Positions 7,564 through 15,600 of a stretch of 32,000 bases of DNA are shown one piece after another (the first letter of the stretch is position 1; the number at the start of each line of letters is the position of its first letter). Position numbers and translations under genes: made by a program. The notes below the pieces were generated by a model. That model had not been told where the DNA came from, searched no databases, and saw nothing but the letters and a program-made list of their open reading frames with translations. The DNA is from Methylophaga frappieri. Lineage in GTDB: Bacteria; Pseudomonadota; Gammaproteobacteria; Nitrosococcales; Methylophagaceae. The stretch is taken from positions 15,826-47,825 of the forward strand of contig NC_017858.1 of the NCBI RefSeq assembly GCF_000260965.1. The letters run 5' to 3'.

Positions 7564-8528
7564 AAAAAGTAAGCAGCCTTAGCGGTATCTTTGACTTACT
7601 GCGCCCAATTAGCTGGATTGCATTGATTTCACTGCTCGCGCTCTCCAGCCGAGCAATCAGTTATGACTGGCTGTTACTGGCCGCGTTGTGGCTTGCCCTG
7701 GCAGTCTCAGCCGGTGTATGGGCTATTCAGCAACCCTGGATTAAGGAAGCCAAGCGGCCATTCGAGCGACACACCAGCATCGCGCTTTCCATCCTTCTGA
7801 TACCGATCCTTGCCTATATTGTGGCTTTAGCGTCTGGAGTCATTCTGGAGCGCATTTCTGCCGCCCGCTACGACAAAGCCCGCATTGAGTTTATGACCGA
7901 CCCGGATGGCTTCCCCTTCATCAAGAATTTCGCTCTAGAACACTACGGGGCGCATGTCGTCCTAACGTCTCCCGTGTCAGGATGGACAACCAGCTCTTTC
8001 CCGTTACCTCATGCAAGCGCCGCATTCATGGCTATTGGCCCTGGGTTCTGTGAGCTAACCTTGAATCAGGAGAACGTATTACGGGGGTTTAGTGGTGACG
8101 ATCCCGGACTTTGGGTTAAAGGCGTAATGATCCATGAACTTGCGCATTGTCTCGACATATCCAGAGATATGCCCTCTTTCACCAACAATAAAATCGGTAT
8201 TAAATCAATTGCTCCCACTGCTGCTGGAAATGTCGTCGATCTGGAAAGTCACATTGAAGCAGCTAATGGGCTTGCAACCAAACGTTGGCGAGAAGCTCTA
8301 GCTGACGTATTCGCTGTGGGCTACTGGAGAATGGTGGAGCCTTCCGCCAATAAGCTTGTAGCCGATCTGAAAGAGAAACGGCGCAATGGGGCCACTGCTC
8401 ACACAACGAGCTGCTGGATACAATATGCAGCGAACGCCCCCTTACCAGACAATCTTAGTAGCCTACTTTCATGGGCTGATGAAATACGAACCACGGCGCA
8501 TTGCGCACTGCAACATAAAAGAAGTTAA
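7560..8528 (+). CDS. Membrane-anchored putative zinc metalloprotease (three N-terminal TM helices plus an HExxH domain)
   Basis: Hydrophobic segments lie at about residues 17-30, 38-56 and 73-96. HELAH is at 8133-8147 (VMIHELAHCLD), with a later WREALADVFAVGYW as a possible third-ligand Glu. It is coupled to the upstream ORF. No named family recognised. Confidence 0.6.
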   Translation: MKKVSSLSGIFDLLRPISWIALISLLALSSRAISYDWLLLAALWLALAVSAGVWAIQQPWIKEAKRPFERHTSIALSILLIPILAYIVALASGVILERISAARYDKARIEFMTDPDGFPFIKNFALEHYGAHVVLTSPVSGWTTSSFPLPHASAAFMAIGPGFCELTLNQENVLRGFSGDDPGLWVKGVMIHELAHCLDISRDMPSFTNNKIGIKSIAPTAAGNVVDLESHIEAANGLATKRWREALADVFAVGYWRMVEPSANKLVADLKEKRRNGATAHTTSCWIQYAANAPLPDNLSSLLSWADEIRTTAHCALQHKRS

Positions 8529-8537
8529 AAATTCAAG

Positions 8538-8864
8538 ATGCCGATAACGAAGCGACGCCAATTCACTGACAGCGCGATTAAACAGGCTTATGAGGAAGCC
8601 GGTAGCCTTTCCGGTATGGCCGAACGTCTCAATATCACATATCCCACGGCTGCGACGTGGGCACATGAACTAGGGCTAACCCTGAAACACCAGGGGTATA
8701 ACAAGCCAACACTGGAGATAACAGGCTTACAGTGCCGCCATGCGCGGGAATACCTTGGATTAACGCGGGATATGTTCTGTGCAAAATCCAAGGTGAGCAA
8801 AACGGCCATACGTGAGTTTGAGCTAGCCCGGATTTCTCATGACGGGATAAAAGAAAGCGGCTGA
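8538..8864 (+). pseudogene. 5' part of a two-HTH (XRE-type) regulator gene, disrupted by IS insertion after codon 96
   Basis: The N-terminal HTH-like segment is GSLSGMAERLNITYPTAATWAHELGL. It is followed by an XRE-type segment, LQCRHAREYLGLTRDMFCAKSKVSKTAIREFEL. From 8827 the frame reads IS sequence (..ARISHDGIKESG*). Confidence 0.75.
8827..8840. repeat. IS left terminal inverted repeat
   Basis: cccggatttctcat is the exact reverse complement of 10372-10385. Confidence 0.85.
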
Positions 8865-8922
8865 AAGTGCTATGATTTCAAGAGTCTAACCAATCCACCA
8901 AGCACCAACAGCCGCTTCCAAA

Positions 8923-10224
8923 ATGGTACCTGAAAAACTGACCTTCTCGCCACTCTCTCGCCGTCAAATTGAAGCCGATTTCTCCGGTGGTCACATCACC
9001 TCCGATGCCGGACTGCTTTTGCTTCGGGAAGTCGACAATCAACACCAGCTCACTCAGCGCCTGGCTACGGTGCTGGACGATGCCCGTAATCCCGTGCTGG
9101 TTCGCCACAAGCTTCAAACCATGGTCCGGCAGCGGGTCTTTGGCGTGGCTGCCGGGTACGAAGACCTCAACGATCACGAGGCGCTACGCGCTGATCAGGC
9201 ACTTCAGACCGCGATTGGCGAAGAGGCCATTCTGGCGGGAAAATCAACACTGTGCCGAATGGAGCAGCGCGTGGACCGGCAGTCCGTGGTCAAGGCCCAC
9301 GAACTGCTGTGGCATCACTTCATTGAACAGCACGAGACTCCACCCAAGGAAATTGTGCTGGACTTCGATGGCACTGATATTCCAGTGCATGGCGACCAGC
9401 CCGGCAAGTTCTTTAACGCCTACTACGATCACCATTGTTTCTTCCCGCTGTACGTGTTCTGCGGCCGTCACCTGTTGGTGAGCTACCTGCGCACCAGCAA
9501 TCGAAGCGACAGCCGCCACAGCTGGGCCATTCTGGCCCTGCTGGTGAAGTTCATCCGGCAGTACTGGCCGGATACCCGCATCGTGTTCCGGGGTGACAGC
9601 GGCTTCTATCGCCCCCGATTGCTGAGCTGGTGCGACCGGAATAACGTGGATTACCTTGTGGGCATCAGCAAAAACAGCCGGCTGCTCAAGGAGGTGGACG
9701 TACCCTCGATGCTGGTTCGCAGGGCTCACGGGGAGTTGGGAGAAAAAGTCTCTGCCACCTACCGGTTCCAGTACCAGGCCCGAACCTGGAAACACCCCCG
9801 CTGGGTGATCGCGCGTCTGGAGGAGGGCGAACTGGGTGCCAACCCCAGGTTCATTATCAGCTCCCGTTACGACGACGGCGTTAAACTCTACTACGAGCAA
9901 TACTGTGCCCGGGGTGACATGGAAAACCGGATCAAGGATCAGCAGTTGTGTCTGTTCGCAGATCGCACCTCCAGCACGCGGTGGTGGACCAATCAGTGGC
10001 GGCTGCTTCTGTCGGGCTTTGCCTACACGTTGTTCGAGCGATTACGCGCTCACCTGAAGAAAACGCCCTTCGAGCGCATGAGCGCCAGTAACCTGCGGCT
10101 GAAGCTGATCAAGGTGGGCGCGGTCATCATTCGCAACACTCGGCGCATACGGGTGTTGATGAGCGATGCCTATCCTTACAAAGACGAACTCTCTGACCTG
10201 GTACGCCGTCTGGTTCCGGGATAG
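8923..10224 (+). CDS. IS1380-family DDE transposase
   Basis: 433 aa. The N-terminus has FSGGHITSDAGLLLLREVD...RQRVFGVAAGYEDLNDHEALR. Later motifs are YYEQYCARGDMENRIKDQQ and a C-terminal YPYKDEL. The same landmarks occur in ISEcp1/IS1380-type transposases (LTSNAGL.., YYEKRGNAENYIKE, YPYKG). Confidence 0.85.
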   Translation: MVPEKLTFSPLSRRQIEADFSGGHITSDAGLLLLREVDNQHQLTQRLATVLDDARNPVLVRHKLQTMVRQRVFGVAAGYEDLNDHEALRADQALQTAIGEEAILAGKSTLCRMEQRVDRQSVVKAHELLWHHFIEQHETPPKEIVLDFDGTDIPVHGDQPGKFFNAYYDHHCFFPLYVFCGRHLLVSYLRTSNRSDSRHSWAILALLVKFIRQYWPDTRIVFRGDSGFYRPRLLSWCDRNNVDYLVGISKNSRLLKEVDVPSMLVRRAHGELGEKVSATYRFQYQARTWKHPRWVIARLEEGELGANPRFIISSRYDDGVKLYYEQYCARGDMENRIKDQQLCLFADRTSSTRWWTNQWRLLLSGFAYTLFERLRAHLKKTPFERMSASNLRLKLIKVGAVIIRNTRRIRVLMSDAYPYKDELSDLVRRLVPG

Positions 10225-10371
10225 AAGCCCGGGCTCCCCCGGCCCGACTCAATGGGGGAAAGGGGGCCGTGTGTCCGGACAACAGAAATTGATCAGTTAT
10301 TAATCAATCGCGGCCGCAAATGAGCGGTAATGGCGGTAACCTGCACAGTCTGCGAGACTTGCCGGGGACCT

Positions 10372-10385
10372 ATGAGAAATCCGGG
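10372..10385. repeat. IS right terminal inverted repeat
   Basis: atgagaaatccggg is the exact reverse complement of 8827-8840. Confidence 0.85.
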
Positions 10386-10389
10386 CTAG

Positions 10390-10484
10390 GAAACTCTACC
10401 TTGCGAAAAGGAAATATGGACAAAGTAATGAAGTTATTTAGGCATTACCGCGTCACATTCAATTCCGATGGCACATTTGAATAA
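10390..10484 (+). pseudogene. 3' fragment of the IS-disrupted HTH regulator gene
   Basis: Removing the IS and one CTAG copy joins ...REFEL to GNSTLRKGNMDKVMKLFRHYRVTFNSDGTFE* in frame, with the stop at 10482-10484. This gives a 127-aa protein with a complete XRE-type HTH followed by a terminator. Confidence 0.7.
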
Positions 10485-10506
10485 AGCCCCAAGCGGGGCT
10501 TTTTTA
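10485..10506. terminator. Bidirectional rho-independent terminator
   Basis: agcccc-aagc-ggggct is followed by ttttt. On the other strand the hairpin is followed by tttatt. It sits between the restored HTH gene stop and the resolvase stop (10504-10506). Confidence 0.7.
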
Positions 10507-11127
10507 TTGGCCTTTTTCTTTTTGGTGCTTGGCCCAAACAAGTTTAACCTGACTTTCACTACAACCGGCCAGCCGTGCAGTTTCAGCAATCGTATGGTTA
10601 GGCCGCAGCTTAACGATAAGCTCATGTGTTTTGTGGTCAGCCTTTCGCCCCCGGTACTTGCCTTTTTTCTTCGCCTGACTGATACCCTGTCGCTGGCGTT
10701 CCCTACGGTCCTCGTAATCATCGCGGGCCATCTGCAAGGACAGCTTCAAAAGCAGCTCCTGGACGGCCTCCAGGACGATCCTGGACACACCTTCGGCCCC
10801 AGCAACAAGGTCGGTCAAATCGACAACGCCAGGCACGGCCAACATGGCCCCTTTACCCTGTATCGTAGCAATCAGGCGCTCCGCTTCCGGCAGCGGTAAG
10901 CGGCTGATACGGTCTATTTTCTCCGCAATCACCACGTCCCCAGGCTGCAAGTCCTCGATCATGCGCAGCAGCTCGGGGCGATCTGCTCGCGCTCCTGACG
11001 CCTTCTCTCGATACACTCCGGCCACGTAGTAACCGGCAGCCCTGGCGTCCAGAATAATTTCCTCCTGGCGTTCCAGGTCTTGCGAGTCGCTACTAACTCG
11101 CAAGTAAATCCGGGCATTCTGTGTCAT
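10504..11127 (-). CDS. Serine recombinase / resolvase
   Basis: The N-terminus is ARIYLRVSSDSQDLERQ (catalytic Ser motif). It also has GDVVIAEKIDRISR and a C-terminal HTH (HTIAETARLAGCSESQV). At 207 aa it is typical resolvase size. Confidence 0.85.
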   Translation of the reverse strand: MTQNARIYLRVSSDSQDLERQEEIILDARAAGYYVAGVYREKASGARADRPELLRMIEDLQPGDVVIAEKIDRISRLPLPEAERLIATIQGKGAMLAVPGVVDLTDLVAGAEGVSRIVLEAVQELLLKLSLQMARDDYEDRRERQRQGISQAKKKGKYRGRKADHKTHELIVKLRPNHTIAETARLAGCSESQVKLVWAKHQKEKGQ

Positions 11128-11399
11128 TTTTCAGACTCTTCATTGTTCCTCCTGGTTTGCTTTGCTTTTTTCTGCTTCTGAAAAGCGAAGGGCACACAGC
11201 TTGCCGTAACCAAGAGAACACCAATACCCCCCAGTAATTGACTGAATGTGTATCTCACGCCGAAGAAGGTGACAGCAGTTGCACCCACTGCGAACAGAAT
11301 CGTTGGAATGAGAAAAGCCAAACGGGAGGCGAAAGTATTTAGCGGGCCGTCAGTCAACAGCCCCTCTACCTGGTGCTTCTTCAAAAAGTAGTCGCTCAT
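11124..11399 (-). CDS. Hypothetical small membrane protein (two TM helices, basic tail)
   Basis: 91 aa. The stop overlaps the resolvase start and the start overlaps the upstream ORF stop, so it sits in a coupled operon. Hydrophobic stretches are LAFLIPTILFAVGATAVTFFGV and LLGGIGVLLVTASCVPFAF. Confidence 0.5.
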   Translation of the reverse strand: MSDYFLKKHQVEGLLTDGPLNTFASRLAFLIPTILFAVGATAVTFFGVRYTFSQLLGGIGVLLVTASCVPFAFQKQKKAKQTRRNNEESEK

Positions 11400-11644
11400 G
11401 GCTTATCACCTTCCTTATTGTCTGACCAGTTGTAATTTCCGTTATCGTCCAGAACATTCCTTATAGCTTCTTTCAGTTGCGACAAGTGCTCAATAGCTAC
11501 CTGTAATTCGGCAATTGCCCGGTCGTCCAGGACCTCCCATCGCTCCCACATGATTTGCGCAGCCCGCGCAACTTCATATCGACCATCTATATAGTCAGTC
11601 CCTGACTCCAAGATTTTTTCAACACTAGGCACATAGTAATCCAT
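11396..11644 (-). CDS. Hypothetical small acidic protein, first gene of the resolvase operon
   Basis: The track ORF runs 11396-11668 with a TTG start. I prefer the ATG at 11644, preceded by GGGGAGAGGGAA (MDYYVPSVEK...). No family recognised. Confidence 0.45.
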   Translation of the reverse strand: MDYYVPSVEKILESGTDYIDGRYEVARAAQIMWERWEVLDDRAIAELQVAIEHLSQLKEAIRNVLDDNGNYNWSDNKEGDKP

Positions 11645-11668
11645 TTCCCTCTCCCCTATAGTGGCCAA

Positions 11669-11781
11669 TTTGGGTATACTCTATTTGACTATTATAAAAG
11701 AACCGGCCAAAATATCAACAAAGCAACTCTATTTAGCTAGTATTTTTTAGCCAAGTCAATTTAGCCACCAAAGGGGGCAGC
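11669..11781. promoter_or_regulatory. Divergent intergenic region with direct repeats; candidate promoters and/or res site
   Basis: actctatttgactatt (11678-11693) and actctatttagctagtatt (11726-11744) share a 9-bp core 48 bp apart. tttagcc occurs twice (11747-11753 and 11760-11766). -10-like tatact (11675-11680) and tataaa are present. The function is inferred only from position next to a resolvase operon. Confidence 0.3.
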
Positions 11782-12645
11782 GTGGAAGAAACGAACAAGA
11801 AAGAGGTTGAAGCGGCCCGCGCCGATGCCATCGAAAAGGATCAATGCTTTTCAAAAGGCCGCCTTCGGGATGAATTTAGGATGAAGCCTAAACCCGAAGC
11901 CGAACCTGTAGCGTTCTACAAGAACGGTTACGGCGGCAAATTCGGGGTTTACAAGATATCCGATTGTGTACCCATGAAAGCCCGTAGCACCAAGCCGCCG
12001 AGCGAGAAGCAAAAGCGTGCCAGGGCGATTTTGGCCGTCAAGGCGAAGCTGAAAAGCAATGAAGCGAAAACGTCCTGCAGGGCGGTCCAATGGCTTGATG
12101 AAAACCCGATTTTCCTAGACACCGAGACAACGGGCCTCGATGACAAAGCGCAGATTCTGGAGCTGGCTATCAGCGACGCCCAGGGGAGTATTTTGCTAAA
12201 AACGAGACTGCGGCCAACGGTGCCGATAGATCGAGAAGCCGAGGACATACACGGCATAACAGCCGAGTCTCTAGCGAACTCGCCAACCTGGCCGGAAGTG
12301 TCAGCCCAAGTGCGAAAAATCCTCTGTGGCCGCTCTCTGGTAATCTTCAATGCAGACTTTGATACCCGCATGTTACGCCAAACTTCGGCGGCGTTTGGTG
12401 AGCCGGTCGAATGGGTCAGCGAACTTAAAACGCATTGCGCGATGTACCTGGCTGCCGATGCGTTTGGCCCAACAAACCGGCACGGCTCGATCTCTTTGGC
12501 CGATGCGGTGCATTTTGCAGGGGTGACTTGGCGGGGGGTTGCTCATGGGGCTGTTGCGGACACCCTAGCCACTGTTGACCTGGTGCAAGCGATAGCCAGC
12601 ATCAGGCGCAACCTGGAAACCGAGCTGGCCGATCTGGAAGAATGA
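11782..12645 (+). CDS. DEDDh (DnaQ-like) 3'-5' exonuclease with a basic N-terminal extension of about 105 aa
   Basis: GTG start with a GGGGG RBS. Exo motifs are FLDTETTGL (Exo I), VIFNADFDTRML (Exo II) and HGAVADTLATVDL (Exo III, H-x4-D). The N-terminal region is Lys-rich (KPPSEKQKRARAILAVKAKLK). Confidence 0.8.
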   Translation: MEETNKKEVEAARADAIEKDQCFSKGRLRDEFRMKPKPEAEPVAFYKNGYGGKFGVYKISDCVPMKARSTKPPSEKQKRARAILAVKAKLKSNEAKTSCRAVQWLDENPIFLDTETTGLDDKAQILELAISDAQGSILLKTRLRPTVPIDREAEDIHGITAESLANSPTWPEVSAQVRKILCGRSLVIFNADFDTRMLRQTSAAFGEPVEWVSELKTHCAMYLAADAFGPTNRHGSISLADAVHFAGVTWRGVAHGAVADTLATVDLVQAIASIRRNLETELADLEE

Positions 12646-12649
12646 AAAA

Positions 12650-12672
12650 GCCCCGCAAATGCGGGGCCTTTT
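12650..12672. terminator. Bidirectional rho-independent terminator between the exonuclease gene and traC
   Basis: gccccgc-aaat-gcggggc is followed by cttttgt. An A-run lies upstream, which serves the opposite strand. Confidence 0.75.
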
Positions 12673-12688
12673 GTCACGTTTACCTCTC

Positions 12689-15600
12689 TTAATATCCAAT
12701 ACGGGCCGACCGTTTTTGTTTGTGAACCTGTTGTTCTACCTGCTTCTGCTCGCGTTTGCGCTCCGCTTCCTGGACAGCTTTGCCAACCGTAGCCCTCACC
12801 TGGCGTTCAACCCCTTCACGGCCAAGGCTGCTCTTGGTAGCCAGGTCGTTGAAGTCGGTGTGCTTCTTCATGTGATCCAGGGCGGCCAACTGCTCCTTGC
12901 TGAGCAAGGCTTTCTGTAGGTCTGCCTTGCGCTCTTCGGGTGCCGTCTCCAGGGCCTTAGAGGCCCGCAAGTGTTCCCGGTAGCTTTGGGGAGTGATCGG
13001 GGCAACGCCAGCCGGATACTCTGCTTCTCCTGGAGCAAACACCGGGAAGGCAGCTTTGCCGCCGACTGCCTTGGCCGCTTCCTGTGCTTTGGTCTTGCCT
13101 GGATTCGTTCCTTGGGTCAACTCCTGGTGCCGATCATCGTCACCAAGGACCACAACGGGCTTATCAGGGAACTTGTCATGCAGGGCCTTCGCTACGTTGG
13201 GCAGGTTGCCGGAATCGAACGCGGCCACGGTGGCAAACCCCAACGCCTCGGCATTGGTCGCCGCGGTCGCATAACCTTCCTGGAGAACCAGGGCCGGGGC
13301 CGCCTCCAGGGCCTTCATGTCACCACCAACGATGTGAAAGCAACCTTCCTTGCGTGAATCCTTGGCGAAACGCTTGGTTCCGTCCTCCTGGATGTACTGC
13401 ATGGTCCACTGCTTGCCATTCTCGTCATGCGCGGGAATGTAGGTCTTTTTGCCTTCGGCATCGGTTAGAACGCCAGGATGGGGCTGGATGCCCTTATTTT
13501 GCATGTACGGCGTCTGTTCGGTGGCAGGCACCAGGTTGGCCGTCTGCTTGCTGACGCGCTCCGCCGTGGCTTGTTGGGCCTGCTCCAGCTCTGCGGCTCG
13601 GGCTGCCAGCTTCTCGGCTGCTTCGGCTTGGAGCTTGGCTTTCTCTGCTGGATCGAGCGAATACCCCTTAGACTTCCATTTCATATCAACGCCGGTACGG
13701 TTGTTGGAAATGTAACCGGCAGGGTGGCCGTCGAGGTGGCCGACATAGAAGCCAGCTCGCTCGCCCTTTTTATCGCCTTCGACAGATACGCGGTGCTTTT
13801 TCCCGTCCATGATTGGATGCTCACCGCTGACAACGCAGCCCAAGGACTTCATGGCTTCCGCAAACTCTTCACGGGGGGACATGGCCGGGCCTTGCTGGCT
13901 CTTGACGTTATCGGGCATCCAGCGGCTTAGACGCTCCATGTCGCCTTGAGGTCCGACATACCAGGACTTGGCCGCCTTATCCCATTTCGCACCGGCAGCC
14001 TTCGCAGCGCCGCGCTCACCATACGGCACAGCCAGGTACTGCTTTTGCTGGCCTGCGGTTTGAGTTTGGCCTTGGTCCTGCTGCTGACGCTGTTGCCCCG
14101 GTGCCTCCTGTGCTGCCCCCTGGGACCATTTGGCAAAGGGTGCAGTGTCTACGCCAGGCGGAACAAACCAGGACTGTTGTTGACGATCCCAGCGCGCTCC
14201 AAGGCCCTTTGCTTCGTCCTTCTCTCGGTATGGGACATTGATATAGGTTCGTTCCTGCTTCTCTGGCTCTCCCTGGGCCTGCTGGCTGTCTTTTGTCTGC
14301 CGGGCCTGCTGCCGTTCGTGCTCGGCAATACGGCGCTGCATGTCGCTGTCATTGAGCGTGGCCGTTGCCTCTGCGGTCTTGCGGGCTTCTTTTGCCGCTG
14401 AAATGTCGTCGTCCGTGCTGTTCGGGTCCAGGCGCACGCGAACTTCGTTCACCCTGGACAGCTTGGCCGCCTGTTCGTGTTCGTTGGTTTCGGATAGTGC
14501 ATCAACCAGCCCTAGCAGGTTCGCCAGCTCGTCGGCTTGGTTGTGGCTATTGAGATCCGCAACCCACTGGTGCATCCCGTTTTCATGCTGAGCGTAAACG
14601 CCCCAAAACTCCGGTTCACGGCCAACCGCGTGCGCGGGTTCAACGAACTGTTCCCCGCCGTCCTCGATGACTACGTTACCTTGAACCTGAACGGCTCCGT
14701 TCCAGTCTGCCGGTAAGTCAAAGCCGAGCACTTGCCGCGCCGTTTCTTCAAATGCCTGGGCGTCCATTTCTCCGGCAGCCAAGCGGCGGCGTTCGTTGGC
14801 AACTTGGACGATTGCCTGGGAATCTTCTTGTGATAGCGCGGAAAGCAATTGATCGCGCATCTGTTGGTTGTTGTTGGGTAATTGCATCCCGGCCTCCTGT
14901 GTTTGCTCCGGGGCGGCCTCCAGCTTCTGCGTTTGGGCCTGGTCTTGCTCCTGGACTAGCTTTTGTTCAAATGCCAGAACGTAGTTCGACATTTTCTCTG
15001 CATCGGACGTTGCCCGGAAAATCTCCAGTGGGTCATCCTGGAGCGCCTTAATCCAGGAACCCACATAAGCGGCGTGCTGCTCTGGATCGTGACCAATCCC
15101 CAGCTCGTCACCCATGATCAGGCTGAAACACTCAGCCTTTAGCTCTTCCTTGGCGTACCCTTCCGATCCGAAAGGATGGGCCATATCTCGGTCAAGCCGT
15201 GAGCTGTGGCCGGTCCAGTGCCCCAGCTCATGCAGTGCAGTCGCATAGTAGTTATCTGCGGTCGGGAACTGCTCTTTATCGGGCAGGTGAATGCTGTCGG
15301 TCGCAGGACGATAGAAAGCCCGGTCATGCTCGCCGTGGCGAATATCAGCACCGGACGCCTTCAAGATATGTTCCGCTCTCTCTACTGCATCCCAAGCCAG
15401 CGTTTTCTCTTTCTGCTCCAGCGGTGGCATTCCGTCGATTTGCTCGCCGTTGAAAACGGTGGCAAAGAACACGCGGGGGCGCTCCAGCATGACGGTTTCT
15501 TTTACCGGCTTGCCTTGTCCATCCAGGACAGGCTTGCCGTTGTCATCGAGCTTGTTCTGTTCCTCGGAAAACTTCCAATATTGAACCGGCGTCCCCTTCT

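Larger units (their letters stand above)
8827..10385 (+). mobile_element. IS1380-family insertion sequence
   Basis: Perfect 14-bp terminal inverted repeats, CCCGGATTTCTCAT (8827-8840) and ATGAGAAATCCGGG (10372-10385), are flanked by CTAG on both sides (8823-8826 and 10386-10389), consistent with a 4-bp target duplication. Because CTAG is palindromic, the IR could equally be read as 18 bp (8823-8840 / 10372-10389). The element has a single DDE transposase ORF, and its ends start with CC as in IS1380-family elements. Confidence 0.85.

Noticed and set aside
9244-9900. 218-aa minus-strand ORF inside the IS
   Set aside because: It lies entirely antisense to the IS1380-family transposase, which carries the recognisable motifs. 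IS1380-type elements encode a single ORF.
11726-11744. tttagctag in the resolvase/exonuclease intergenic region as a KorA operator
   Set aside because: Only one half-site resembles GTTTAGCTAAAC. The other half (gta) breaks the palindrome.
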